Shown: positions 1 through 9,312 of the stretch, piece by piece
How positions within the stretch are numbered: the stretch's first letter is position 1
Layout of the letters: each line of letters begins with the position of its first letter
Assembly (NCBI GenBank): GCA_016870245.1
Contig: VGCA01000003.1
Coordinates: 1 to 46,447 of the forward strand
Length of the DNA: 46,447 bases
From: Actinomycetota bacterium
Lineage (GTDB): Bacteria; Actinomycetota; Acidimicrobiia; IMCC26256; PALSA-555
Direction: 5' to 3'
Translations under genes and position numbers: made by a program
Notes under the pieces: model-generated
Told to the model about the DNA's origin: nothing
Databases searched by the model: none
Seen by the model: the letters and a program-made list of their open reading frames with translations, nothing else

Positions 1-2
1 CG

Positions 3-167
3 GTCGCCGCGTCCGACGCGCTCCTGGCCCGGGGCCTCCTGGTGCCGGCCATCCGGCCGCCCACCGTGGCCCCCGGGACGTCGCGGCTGCGGGTGGCCCT
101 GTCCGCCGCCCACACCGACGACCAGGTCGCCGCCCTCGTGGCGGCGCTGGCGGGGTTGGCGGCGTGA
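3..167 (+). CDS. bioF: 8-amino-7-oxononanoate synthase, 3' end (partial)
   Basis: Frame 3 reads ...[27 protein letters not shown]..., the BioF C-terminal motif; its TGA overlaps the bioD GTG. Confidence 0.9.
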   Translation, partial: VAASDALLARGLLVPAIRPPTVAPGTSRLRVALSAAHTDDQVAALVAALAGLAA

Positions 168-808
168 GCGCCGGCCCCCGCCCCGACCGGTTGGTCGTCG
201 TCACCGGCACGGGCACCGAGGTGGGCAAGACGTGGTGGACCGCCGCGGTCGCGCGCGACCTGCGGGCCCGGGGTAGCGCGGTCGCCGCCCGCAAGCCGGT
301 GCAGTCGTTCGCCCCCACCGACGCGTTGACCGCGCTCGACGCGTCGGTCCTCGGCGCCGCCACCGGCGAGCCACCCGAGACGGTGTGCCCCACCCACCGG
401 TGGCTCGCCGAGCCCATGGCGCCGCCGATGGCCGCCGCCCGTCTGGGGCTCCCCCCGTTCACGATCGCCGACCTGGTCGGCGAGCTCCACTGGGACGCCG
501 GCACGGCGATCGGGTTCGTCGAGGGCGCCGGCGGACTGCGTTCGCCCCTCGCCGACGACGGCGACACGCGCACGCTCATCCAGAGCATCCGGCCCGATCA
601 CGTCGTGGTGGTGGCCGATCCGGCGCTCGGGGTGATCCACGACGTCCGGCTCGTGGTCGGCGCGCTGGCCCAGCGCTCGTTGGTGGTGGCGCTCAACCGG
701 TTCGACGACCACGACCCCCAGCACACGGCGAGCCGCGACTGGCTCGCGGACCGCGACGGCGTCGACGTCGTGACCTCCCCCTCCGCGCTCGTCTCGCGCT
801 GGAGCTGA
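164..808 (+). CDS. bioD: dethiobiotin synthase
   Basis: [11 protein letters not shown]-loop, KPVQS and VEGAGG motifs; follows bioF. Confidence 0.93.
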   Translation: MSAGPRPDRLVVVTGTGTEVGKTWWTAAVARDLRARGSAVAARKPVQSFAPTDALTALDASVLGAATGEPPETVCPTHRWLAEPMAPPMAAARLGLPPFTIADLVGELHWDAGTAIGFVEGAGGLRSPLADDGDTRTLIQSIRPDHVVVVADPALGVIHDVRLVVGALAQRSLVVALNRFDDHDPQHTASRDWLADRDGVDVVTSPSALVSRWS

Positions 809-851
809 CCGGGCGCGGAGGCTCGCCGCCCGCTCGGCCTAGCCTGACGGA

Positions 852-2222
852 GTGGACGCCGACCGACTCTCCGACCTCGCGCAGCGGCATCTCTGGATGC
901 ACTTCTCCCGCCTCGGGGGCTACGACGCCGCACACCCCGTGCCGGTCATGGTCCGCGGCGAGGGCTGCTGGGTGGAGGACGCCACCGGCCACCGGCTCCT
1001 CGACGGCCTGTCGGGCCTGTTCACCGTGCAGGTCGGCCACGGCCGCGCCGAGCTGGGCGCGGCGGCCGCCCGCCAGGCCGAGGCGCTCGAGTACTTCCCG
1101 ATCTGGAGCTACGCGCACCCGCCCGCGATCGAGCTCGCGGCCCGGCTCGCCGAGCTCGCCCCCGGCGACCTGAACCGGGTCTTCTTCACGAGCGGCGGGT
1201 CGGAGTCGGTCGAGTCGGCGTGGAAGCTCGCCCGGGCGTACTTCCGCGCGCGCGGTGAGGGGCAGCGCCACAAGGTGATCGCCCGCCGCACCGCGTATCA
1301 CGGCACCACGCTCGGCGCGCTGGCGGTGACCGGCATCCCCGCGCTCCGCCAGCCCTTCGAGCCGCTCACCCCCGGCACCGCGCACGTGCCCAACACCAAC
1401 CGGTACCGGCATCCGCTCGCGCACGACGAGAAGGCGTTCATGCTCGCGATGACCGACGCCATCGAGGAGCAGATCCTCTTCGAGGGCCCCGACACCGTCG
1501 CCGCCGTCTTCCTCGAGCCGCTGCAGAACGCAGGCGGGTGCTTCACCCCTCCGGAGGGCTACTTCGCCCGGGTCCGGGAGATCTGCGACCGCTACGGCGT
1601 GCTGCTCGTGTCCGACGAGGTCATCTGCGCGTTCGGCCGGCTGGGGCACATGTTCGGCGCACAGCGCTACGACTACCTGCCCGACATGATCACGTGCGCG
1701 AAGGGCCTCACGAGCGGGTACTCCCCGCTCGGCGCGGTGATCTGCCGCGACTTCCTCGCCGAGCCGTTCCTCGAGGGGGCGGCGTCGTTCTCGCACGGCA
1801 TCACCTTCGGCGGTCACCCGGTGAGCTGCGCGGTCGCGCTCGCCAACCTCGACCTGTTCGACCGTGAGGCCGTCCTGGCCAACGTGCTCACCCACGAGGC
1901 GGGCTTCGAGACGCGGCTGCGCGCCCTCGCCGAGCTGCCGATCGTCGGCGACCTGCGCGGCGCGGGCTACTTCTGGGCGCTGGAGCTCGTGAAGGACCAG
2001 GCGACGCAGGAACCGTTCACCCGCCCGGAGGGCGAAGCGCTGCTGCGCGGCTTCCTGGCACCCCGGCTCTACGAGCTCGGCGTGATCGCCCGCACCGACG
2101 ACCGCGGCATGCCCGTCGTGCAGCTCGCGCCCCCGCTGGTGGCCGGGCCCGAGGAGCTCGACCTCCTCACCGACCGCGTCCACCAGGCCCTCGCCGAGGC
2201 CGGCGATCGGTTCCTTCCGTGA
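852..2222 (+). CDS. class III PLP aminotransferase (omega-amino acid/polyamine:pyruvate type)
   Basis: LWMHF, FFTSGGSE, YHGTT, DEVICAFGR and AKGLTSGY motifs; TAGCCT 6 nt before the GTG (leaderless-type start). Confidence 0.9.
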   Translation: MDADRLSDLAQRHLWMHFSRLGGYDAAHPVPVMVRGEGCWVEDATGHRLLDGLSGLFTVQVGHGRAELGAAAARQAEALEYFPIWSYAHPPAIELAARLAELAPGDLNRVFFTSGGSESVESAWKLARAYFRARGEGQRHKVIARRTAYHGTTLGALAVTGIPALRQPFEPLTPGTAHVPNTNRYRHPLAHDEKAFMLAMTDAIEEQILFEGPDTVAAVFLEPLQNAGGCFTPPEGYFARVREICDRYGVLLVSDEVICAFGRLGHMFGAQRYDYLPDMITCAKGLTSGYSPLGAVICRDFLAEPFLEGAASFSHGITFGGHPVSCAVALANLDLFDREAVLANVLTHEAGFETRLRALAELPIVGDLRGAGYFWALELVKDQATQEPFTRPEGEALLRGFLAPRLYELGVIARTDDRGMPVVQLAPPLVAGPEELDLLTDRVHQALAEAGDRFLP

Positions 2223-3150
2223 CCGACGCGCGCCAGCCGCTCACCGTCGGCGTCCCCCGCGAGACCAAGCCCGGCGAGCACCGGGTCGCACTCACCCCCG
2301 ACGGGGTCCGTGAGCTGCACCATCACGGCGTGACCGTCCTCGTCGAGCGCGACGCGGGCGCCGGGCCGGCGATCCCCGACGACACGTTCGCCGACGCGGG
2401 CGCGCAGATCATCGACAGTGCAACCGAGGTGTGGGAGCGGGCCGAACTCGTCGTGAAGGTCAAGGAGCCGCAGCCGTCGGAGTTCGCGCACCTCCGGCCC
2501 GGGCTCGTGCTGTTCACCTACCTCCACCTCGCGGCGTACCCCGAGGTCGCGGCCGAGCTGCGCGCCCGCGAGGTCACCGGCATCGCCTACGAGACGGTGC
2601 AGCGGGCCGACGGCAGCCTCCCGCTGCTCGCGCCCATGAGCGAGGTCGCGGGCCGAATGGCCCCGCAGGTCGGCGCCCACTTCCTCGAGCGACAGTCGGG
2701 CGGCCGGGGCGTGCTGCTCGGCGGTGTGCCCGGCGTCGCGCCGGCCCACGTGGTGGTGCTCGGCGCGGGCACGGTCGGGTGGAGCGCCGGCCGCATCGCG
2801 GCGGGCATGGGGGCCGAGGTGCGGGTGGTCAACCGCTCGGTCGAACGACTCCAGATGATCGACGAGGTCGCGGCGGGACGCGTCACCACCTACGCGAGCA
2901 ACCACGCGACGATCGAGCGGCTCGTCGCCGATGCCGATCTGCTCATCGGTGCGGTGCTGGTCCCGGGCGGTCGTGCCCCCGTCCTCGTCAGCGAGGACAT
3001 GGTGCGCTCGATGCGGCCGGGCGCCGTCATCGTCGACATCGCGGTCGACCAGGGCGGCTGCATCGCGACGACACACGAGACGTCGCACGCCGACCCGGTC
3101 TACGAGCGGCACGGCGTACTGCACTACGCGGTGGGCAACATGCCCGGCGC
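2219..3150 (+). pseudogene. ald: alanine dehydrogenase, 3'-truncated at about aa 310
   Basis: VGVPRE, EHRVALTP, KVKEP, PMSEVAGR and DIAVDQGGC motifs; similarity stops at YAVGNMPGA and the frame runs on into antisense PilZ sequence to 3541. Confidence 0.85.
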
Positions 3151-3452
3151 TCGCGGCGGCCCAGCTCCACGAACTGGACCGCGAGGCGCCGCCACCCGTC
3201 GGGCAGCGTGTGCACGGCGCGGATCGCCCCCATCACGACGAAGGGGCGCCGCCGCCCGAGCACCGAGTGCACGTCGATGTCGATCCACACGTCGGGCAAC
3301 GACGAGCCCCGAGGCACCAGGATCCCCGCCCCACCCGTCGAGACGTCGACGACCGTGCAGTCGCCCCACGGCCCGTTCGGGTGGGCGCGGAACCGCCCGT
3401 CCCAGGTCCCGAGGACACGGTCGCCGCGCCGGCGCTGTCGGATCGTCGGCAT
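3027..3452 (-). CDS. PilZ-domain protein, native C-terminus probably lost at about 3150
   Basis: MPTIRQRRRGDR (RxxxR) plus DVSTGG (DxSxxG) c-di-GMP motifs, ending in LAVQF. Confidence 0.72.
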   Translation of the reverse strand: MPTIRQRRRGDRVLGTWDGRFRAHPNGPWGDCTVVDVSTGGAGILVPRGSSLPDVWIDIDVHSVLGRRRPFVVMGAIRAVHTLPDGWRRLAVQFVELGRRERRACCPPRSAVRRAARRPGRRATSRVSSRCSRPGRPRCRR

Positions 3453-3515
3453 ACAGATGGGTCGGGCGTGGGAACGGCACGCTTGAGGCCCAATCCGGAC
3501 CGTGCCGCCCATCGG

Positions 3516-3588
3516 TGGGCCGCCAGGGACTCGAACCCTGAACCTGCGGGTTAAAAGCCCGATGCTCTGCCAGTTGAGCTAGCGACCC
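3516..3588 (-). tRNA. tRNA-Lys(UUU)
   Basis: GGGTCGC acceptor stem, anticodon loop CTTTTAA, GTTCGAG T-loop; CCA not encoded. Confidence 0.95.
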
Positions 3589-3679
3589 GGACCGGAAGGC
3601 TAACGGCCGAGGTGCGCCCGCGGGTACGGTCGCGAGGCACCGTGGGGCGACCGGTCAGGTCGGTAGGGTGGGCCGCCAC

Positions 3680-4684
3680 ATGTTGACCTCCGTCCTCGCC
3701 TCCGCCAGCTCCGACGAGGTGCCCGGTGCCGACATCCATGTCGATGCGTGGATGTGGTTCGCATTCCTCGGGCTCATCGCGGTCCTGCTGCTCGCCGACC
3801 TCTTCCTCTTCCACAAGGAGGCGCACGAGATCTCGATGCGAGAGGCCGCGATCACGAGCGCCTTCTGGGTCCTCCTCGGGGTGTCGTTCTCCCTGGTGAT
3901 CTGGGCGCTGCTGGGCGGGCCGGCCGCCAGCCAGTACCTGACGGGCTACGTGATCGAGAAGAGCCTCTCGGTCGACAACGTCTTCGTGTGGGCCGTGATC
4001 CTCTCGTACTTCGCCGTGCCGAAGGCCTACCAGCACCGGGTCCTGTACTGGGGTGTGTTCGGCGCGCTGGTGCTGCGGCTGATCTTCATCTTCGCCGGCG
4101 TCGCGCTGCTCGAGGCGTTCAGCTGGATGCTGTACGTGTTCGGCGCCTTCCTCGTGTTCACCGCCTGGCGGGTCGCCACCCACGACAACGAGGAGATCCA
4201 CCCGGAGCGGAACCCGGTGCTCAAGCTGATGCGCCGGATCATCCCGGTGACCAGCGAGTACCACGGTCAGAAGTTCTGGGTGCGGATCGACGCCCGCCGG
4301 TTCGCCACCCCGCTCCTGGTGGTCCTCGTGATGGTCGAGGTCACCGACGTGGTGTTCGCCGTCGACTCGATCCCCGCGATCCTCGCGGTGACGCGCTCCG
4401 AGTTCATCGTGTTCACGTCGAACGCGTTCGCGATCCTCGGGCTCCGCGCGCTCTACTTCCTCCTGGCTGGCGCCCAGAGCAAGCTCCGCTACCTCAACAT
4501 CGGCCTCGGCATCATCCTCGGCTACGTGGGGATCAAGATGCTGATCTCCGAGTGGTACCACATGCCGACGTTCATCTCGCTCGCGGTGATCGCCGTCGTG
4601 CTCGCCATCACCGTGATCGTGTCGCTGAGGGCCGACGCGCGTGAGCACTCGGGCGACGCAGCCAACGAAGGGGGGTCCCCGTGA
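3680..4684 (+). CDS. TerC/Alx family membrane protein
   Basis: YVIEKSLSVDNVFV, DVVFAVDSIPA and FAILGLRALYF motifs. Confidence 0.93.
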   Translation: MLTSVLASASSDEVPGADIHVDAWMWFAFLGLIAVLLLADLFLFHKEAHEISMREAAITSAFWVLLGVSFSLVIWALLGGPAASQYLTGYVIEKSLSVDNVFVWAVILSYFAVPKAYQHRVLYWGVFGALVLRLIFIFAGVALLEAFSWMLYVFGAFLVFTAWRVATHDNEEIHPERNPVLKLMRRIIPVTSEYHGQKFWVRIDARRFATPLLVVLVMVEVTDVVFAVDSIPAILAVTRSEFIVFTSNAFAILGLRALYFLLAGAQSKLRYLNIGLGIILGYVGIKMLISEWYHMPTFISLAVIAVVLAITVIVSLRADAREHSGDAANEGGSP

Positions 4685-5106
4685 CCGTCACGACGATCCT
4701 GGTGGCCCACGACGGCTCCGATCACGCGGCCCAGGCCCTCGACTGGGCTGCGGGCCTCGCCGGCCAGGTCGGCGCCCGGCTCGTGGTGGTGCGTTCGTGG
4801 TCCCCCCTCGACGATCTGGCCAAACACCGCGACCACGCGGACTTCCACGAGATGCACGACGAAGCGCTCGCCGAGCTGCGCGAATGGTGCGCCGGAGCCG
4901 TCGCGGCCGGCGTCGAGGTCGAACCCCGCGTCGTCGAGGATCTCCCCGTCCCCGGGATCGTCACCGCGGCACGCGACTGCTCTGCCGACCTCATCGTGTG
5001 CGGCACCCGCGGCCGGGGAGCCGTGAAGGGGCTCGTGCTCGGCAGCGTGGCCCGGGATCTCCCCATGAAGGCGCACCTCCCGGTCACCATCGTCCCCGCG
5101 CGTTGA
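4681..5106 (+). CDS. universal stress protein
   Basis: ILVAHDGS ... ADLIVCGTRGRG..LGSVA. Confidence 0.92.
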   Translation: MTVTTILVAHDGSDHAAQALDWAAGLAGQVGARLVVVRSWSPLDDLAKHRDHADFHEMHDEALAELREWCAGAVAAGVEVEPRVVEDLPVPGIVTAARDCSADLIVCGTRGRGAVKGLVLGSVARDLPMKAHLPVTIVPAR

Positions 5107-5132
5107 GCGCGGCGCCGGGCCAGAATGGCCCG

Positions 5133-5642
5133 ATGGACGCCACTCACGACCTCTCCGCCAAGCAGGCGATCACCGAGGTGATCTACCGGTACTGCCGGGC
5201 TCTCGACCGCATGGACCGCGATCTCGCGCTGACCATCTGGCACCCCGACGGCACCGCCGACTACGGCCCCACCATGTTCCAGGGCACCGGCGTCGGGTTC
5301 GTCGACTGGGTGTGGCCCGCGCACCAGTCGATGCTCGGTCACTCGCACCAGATCGGCAACGTGCTGATCGAAGTCGACGGTGACCGGGCCGGCAGCGAGT
5401 CGTACGTGACGGCGACGCTGTGGGGCGAGTTCGAGCCCGGGACGCTGACCACGATCGTCAGTCGGGGCCGCTACGTCGACACGTGGTCCCGCCGCGACGG
5501 CGTCTGGGCCATCGACCACCGGCGCTTCGCCGAAGACCTCACCGTCACCACCGCGGTGCCCGGCGGCGCCCCGCCCGGACCGGAGGCCAGCCCGGCCCGG
5601 CGCGACCGCCACGACCCGTCGTACGACGTGCTGGCCCGCTGA
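5133..5642 (+). CDS. SnoaL/NTF2-like protein
   Basis: IYRYCRALDRMD, HQIGNVLIEVDGD and GRYVDTWSRRDGVW patterns. Confidence 0.85.
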   Translation: MDATHDLSAKQAITEVIYRYCRALDRMDRDLALTIWHPDGTADYGPTMFQGTGVGFVDWVWPAHQSMLGHSHQIGNVLIEVDGDRAGSESYVTATLWGEFEPGTLTTIVSRGRYVDTWSRRDGVWAIDHRRFAEDLTVTTAVPGGAPPGPEASPARRDRHDPSYDVLAR

Positions 5643-5738
5643 ACGCGCGGGGGCCGGCCGCCGCGCCGGCCCACCATCGCCCGGCCCGGAGACCGGGAGG
5701 CCGGCGCTGCTACAGTGAGCGCCCCTTCGGGGAACCGA

Positions 5739-5811
5739 GCCCCCATCGTCTAGTGGCCTAGGACGCCGCCCTTTCAAGGCGGTAACGGGGATTCGAACTC
5801 CCCTGGGGGCA
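5739..5811 (+). tRNA. tRNA-Glu(UUC)
   Basis: Cloverleaf with anticodon loop CTTTCAA. Confidence 0.95.
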
Positions 5812-5833
5812 CGCAACAACCACGCAACAGCAA

Positions 5834-5908
5834 GGTCCTGTGGTGCAGTTTGGAGTGCACGCCGCCCTGTCAAGGCGGAGGCCGCGGGTTCAAATCCCGT
5901 CAGGACCG
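5834..5908 (+). tRNA. tRNA-Asp(GUC)
   Basis: Cloverleaf with anticodon loop CTGTCAA and GTTCAAA T-loop. Confidence 0.95.
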
Positions 5909-5933
5909 CCCGAGGTGGGACACCGCCTCACCC

Positions 5934-6006
5934 GGCCGGGTAGCTCAGTTGGCAGAGCGCACGCCTGAAAAGCGTGAGGTCGCCGGATCGACGCCGGCCC
6001 CGGCCA
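5934..6006 (+). tRNA. tRNA-Phe(GAA)
   Basis: Cloverleaf with anticodon loop CTGAAAA; T-loop reads ATCGACG. Confidence 0.92.
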
Positions 6007-6043
6007 CCGCCAGCGCCCGGCCCCTCCGGTGACGCGCACCCGA

Positions 6044-6067
6044 CGACCCGGGCCACGGCCCGGGTCG
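6044..6067. terminator. GC-rich hairpin between convergent tRNA-Phe and bldC
   Basis: CGACCCGGGCC-AC-GGCCCGGGTCG perfect inverted repeat, no U-tract. Confidence 0.5.
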
Positions 6068-6089
6068 CTCCGCGCGATGCCCGAGCGGG

Positions 6090-6287
6090 TCAGACGTCAG
6101 CCGACGCGTCGGCCTCGGCGAGCAGGCGCCGGATCTCGCTGGCCTTGAAGCGGCGGTGGCCGCCCAGCGTCTTGATGTACGAGACCTTTCCGGCGCGGGC
6201 CCAGCGGGTCACGGTCTTCGGGTTGACGCTGAACATCGCCGCCACCTCGGAGGGGGTCAGCAGCTCTTCCGGCTCGTTGGCTTCCAC
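6090..6287 (-). CDS. bldC: BldC-family single-domain MerR-like regulator
   Basis: LLTPSEVAAMFSVNPKTVTRWARAGK..IKTLGGHRRF closely matches Streptomyces BldC; GAAGGAG RBS before the GTG. Confidence 0.88.
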   Translation of the reverse strand: MEANEPEELLTPSEVAAMFSVNPKTVTRWARAGKVSYIKTLGGHRRFKASEIRRLLAEADASADV

Positions 6288-6542
6288 TGGTGGGTGCTCC
6301 TTCGGTGGGGGGCGGCTCGGATGGTCCCGTGGGTGGGGCGGCTCGAGTGCCCGACCCGCTGGCTCTTCCCTGCGCGGGAGGATCCTGACACACACGGCAA
6401 ACGTTTGCAGGCCCTGGCCACCGTAGCCCGGACGAAACCCGCACGCCACCAGGAACCGAACATTTGCCGAAGTTCCCACCAACACCACGAACGGCCCACA
6501 CCACGAGACCCCGGGAACCGGTCGGGCCGACCCGAGACGGGC

Positions 6543-7619
6543 TCAGCGCGCGACGGTGACGCCGACCGGGCCGTCGACGATCTCGCCGATCAGCCACGCG
6601 TCGTGGCCGGCATTGCGGACCGCGTCGAGGGCACGGTGGGCCTCGGCCCGAGGCAGCACTGCGAGCATTCCGACGCCGAGGTTGAAGACCTGCTCCATCT
6701 CGTCGTCGGCGATGTCGCCCGCCTCCTGGATCACGGAGAAGATGCGCGGCTCCTCCCACCGCCCGCGCCGCACCACCGCGTGGCAGTGGGGCGGCAGCAC
6801 CCGCACGAGGTTGCCGGGGATCCCGCCCCCGGTCACGTGCACGAACGCGTGCACCGGCACGTGGCGCCGCAGGTCGAGCAAGGCCTTCGCGTAGATCACG
6901 CTGGGGACGAGGAGCTCCTCGCCGAGCGAGTGGTGCGCGCCACGCCACGCGGGATCGTCGAGCGAGTGCCCGGCGCGGTCGAGCAACGCCCGCCGCGCGA
7001 GCGAGTACCCGTTGCTGCGCAGCCCGGGGCTCGCGAGCCCGATGATGGCGTCGCCCGACTGCACCCCGGCGGGCAGGATCGCGCTGCGGTCGACCACGCC
7101 CACCGCGAAGCCGACGATGTCGAACTCACCGGGGTCGAGCAGTCCGGGGTGCTCCGACATCTCACCGCCGATGAGCGCGCACCCGGCGTCGCGACAGCCC
7201 TTGGCCACCCCCGCGACGATCTCGTCGACCTGGTCGGGGACGAGCTTGCCGACCGAGATGTAGTCGAGGAAGAACAGGGGCTCGGCGCCGTGCGCGGCGA
7301 TGTCGTCGGCCGACATCGCGACACAGTCGATCCCGATGGTGTCGTAGCGGCCGGTGAGCGTCGCGAGCATCGACTTCGTGCCCACGCCGTCGGTCGACGA
7401 GACCAGCATGGGGTCGGCGTGCTCGAGCCGGCCCAGCGAGAACAGTCCCCCGAAGCCACCGATGTCGCCGACGACCTCGGGCCGGAACGTGGACCGCACG
7501 TGATCCTTGATCATCTCGACGGCCTTCTCACCCGCCGCGATGTCGACACCCGACGCCGCGTAGGTCAGGCCGTCGCTCCTGTCGTCGCGGCCCTTGTCGC
7601 GTGCGCGGCCGCGCTTCAC
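6543..7619 (-). CDS. purM: phosphoribosylformylglycinamidine cyclo-ligase
   Basis: TYAASGVD, TDGVGTK, GAEPLFFLDY and HVTGGG motifs. Confidence 0.96.
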   Translation of the reverse strand: MKRGRARDKGRDDRSDGLTYAASGVDIAAGEKAVEMIKDHVRSTFRPEVVGDIGGFGGLFSLGRLEHADPMLVSSTDGVGTKSMLATLTGRYDTIGIDCVAMSADDIAAHGAEPLFFLDYISVGKLVPDQVDEIVAGVAKGCRDAGCALIGGEMSEHPGLLDPGEFDIVGFAVGVVDRSAILPAGVQSGDAIIGLASPGLRSNGYSLARRALLDRAGHSLDDPAWRGAHHSLGEELLVPSVIYAKALLDLRRHVPVHAFVHVTGGGIPGNLVRVLPPHCHAVVRRGRWEEPRIFSVIQEAGDIADDEMEQVFNLGVGMLAVLPRAEAHRALDAVRNAGHDAWLIGEIVDGPVGVTVAR

Positions 7620-9157
7620 GCGTCGAGGCCCGCGGCAGATGTCGGGACGATGCCGTCGGCCCCTCTGGGGGCGGCGGCCGCGGGGGCGGTGTCGGCCGGC
7701 TCCTCGAGCACGTGCTTCGAGTCGGTGACGGGGATCGGCACGGGGTACACCCCCGTGAGGCAGGCGGTGCAGAACGCCTCCGATGGCGACTGCGTGGCCG
7801 TGGTGAGCCGGTCGATCTCGAGGTACGCGAGCGAGTCGACCTTCAGGTAGTCCTTGATCTCACCCACCGACAGGTCGGCGGCGAGCAGCTCGGAGCGACG
7901 GCCGGTGTCCATGCCGTAGGAGCACGGCCACTTGTACGGCGGCGACGACACCCGGAAGTGCACCTCGGCCGCGCCGGCCTCGCGCAGCATCGCGATGACC
8001 TGCTTGGTCGTGGTGCCGCGCACGATCGAGTCGTCGACGACCACCAGGCGCTTGCCCCGGATGTTCTCGGGGAGCGGGTTGAGCTTGAGTCGGACTCCGC
8101 CGCTGCGCTGGGACTGGCTGGGCTGGATGAACGTGCGCCCCACGTAGCGGTTCTTCACGAGGCCGTCGCCGTAGGGGATCCCCGACGCGCGCGCGAAGCC
8201 CTGGGCCGCCGGGATGCCCGACTCGGGGACCGGCATCACCATGTCGGCCTCCACCGGCGCCTGCCGGGCGAGCTCCTCCCCCATGCGCTGGCGCGCCGCG
8301 TGCACGCTCTTGCCGTACAGGTAGGTGTCGGGCCGGGCGAAGTACACGAACTCGAACAGGCACAGCTTGGGCTCGGGTTCGGCGAAGCGCTTCTCGTGCA
8401 TCCCGTTGGCGTCGATGACGATCATCTCGCCCGGCTCGATGTCGCGCACGAAGTGGGCACCCACGATGTCGAGCGCCGCCGTCTCGCTCGCGAGGACCCA
8501 TCCCCCCTCGATGCGACCCAGCACCAGCGGCCAGAACCCGTGGGGGTCGCGGGCGCCGATGAGGTGGGCGTCGTCCATCAGCACGAACGAGAACCCGCCC
8601 TTGAGGTGGGGCAGCACCTTCTCGAGCGCGAACTCGAGGTCGCGCGCATCGGAGCGCGTGTCGGCCGCGAACTCGGCGGCGATCAGCTCCGCGACCAGCG
8701 CGGAGTCGGTGGTGGAGTCGAGCGGCCCCTGGGGGTCGTGGATCATCCCGGGCAGCATCCCGAGCCGCTCGGCCAGCTCCGCGGTGTTGGTGAGGTTGCC
8801 GTTGTGCCCGAGCGCGAAGCCGGCGTCGCCCACGCTGCGGTAGATGGGCTGGGCGTTGCGCCACGTGCTCGACCCGGTGGTCGAGTAGCGGTTGTGGCCG
8901 ATCGCCAGATGGCCCTCGAGGGGGGCGAGGCGACGCTCGTCGAACACCTGGGTGACGAGGCCCATGTCCTTCACGACGGTGATGGTCTGGCCGTCGCTGA
9001 CGGCGATGCCGGCCGACTCCTGCCCGCGGTGCTGCAGGGCGTAGAGCCCCAGGTACGCCAAGTGGGCGACCGGCTGGCCGGGCGCGTACACACCGAAGAC
9101 ACCACAGGCGTGGGCCAGACCCTCGCCCTTCGCCTCGCGGGAGGCCTGGGGATCCAT
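7616..9157 (-). CDS. purF: amidophosphoribosyltransferase
   Basis: CGVFGV, LQHRGQESAG and VDDSIVRGTT motifs; alternative GTG start at 9163. Confidence 0.96.
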   Translation of the reverse strand: MDPQASREAKGEGLAHACGVFGVYAPGQPVAHLAYLGLYALQHRGQESAGIAVSDGQTITVVKDMGLVTQVFDERRLAPLEGHLAIGHNRYSTTGSSTWRNAQPIYRSVGDAGFALGHNGNLTNTAELAERLGMLPGMIHDPQGPLDSTTDSALVAELIAAEFAADTRSDARDLEFALEKVLPHLKGGFSFVLMDDAHLIGARDPHGFWPLVLGRIEGGWVLASETAALDIVGAHFVRDIEPGEMIVIDANGMHEKRFAEPEPKLCLFEFVYFARPDTYLYGKSVHAARQRMGEELARQAPVEADMVMPVPESGIPAAQGFARASGIPYGDGLVKNRYVGRTFIQPSQSQRSGGVRLKLNPLPENIRGKRLVVVDDSIVRGTTTKQVIAMLREAGAAEVHFRVSSPPYKWPCSYGMDTGRRSELLAADLSVGEIKDYLKVDSLAYLEIDRLTTATQSPSEAFCTACLTGVYPVPIPVTDSKHVLEEPADTAPAAAAPRGADGIVPTSAAGLDA

Positions 9158-9232
9158 CCCCACCAGTATCCCATGCCGGTGCGACCCCGACGACTATCCG
9201 GGCGCGACGCGCTCCCACCAGCCCGTGATCGA

Positions 9233-9259
9233 AGGCCGGCGAGGCCGGCGAGGCCGGCG
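9233..9259. repeat. 9-bp tandem repeat (AGGCCGGCG)x3
   Basis: Read directly in the purL-purF spacer. Confidence 0.7.
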
Positions 9260-9312
9260 TGATCACCCGCGGAGGCGGGCCGCGTCGGCGACGTTCCGGT
9301 CGTCGGCCGCGA

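Noticed and set aside
852-2222. Calling the aminotransferase bioA
   Set aside because: It has LWMHF rather than the BioA WHP(F/Y) motif, its own promoter-like hexamer, and is coupled to ald
3589-3679. yybP-ykoY riboswitch upstream of terC
   Set aside because: The spacer is short, shared with the tRNA promoter, and lacks a recognisable motif
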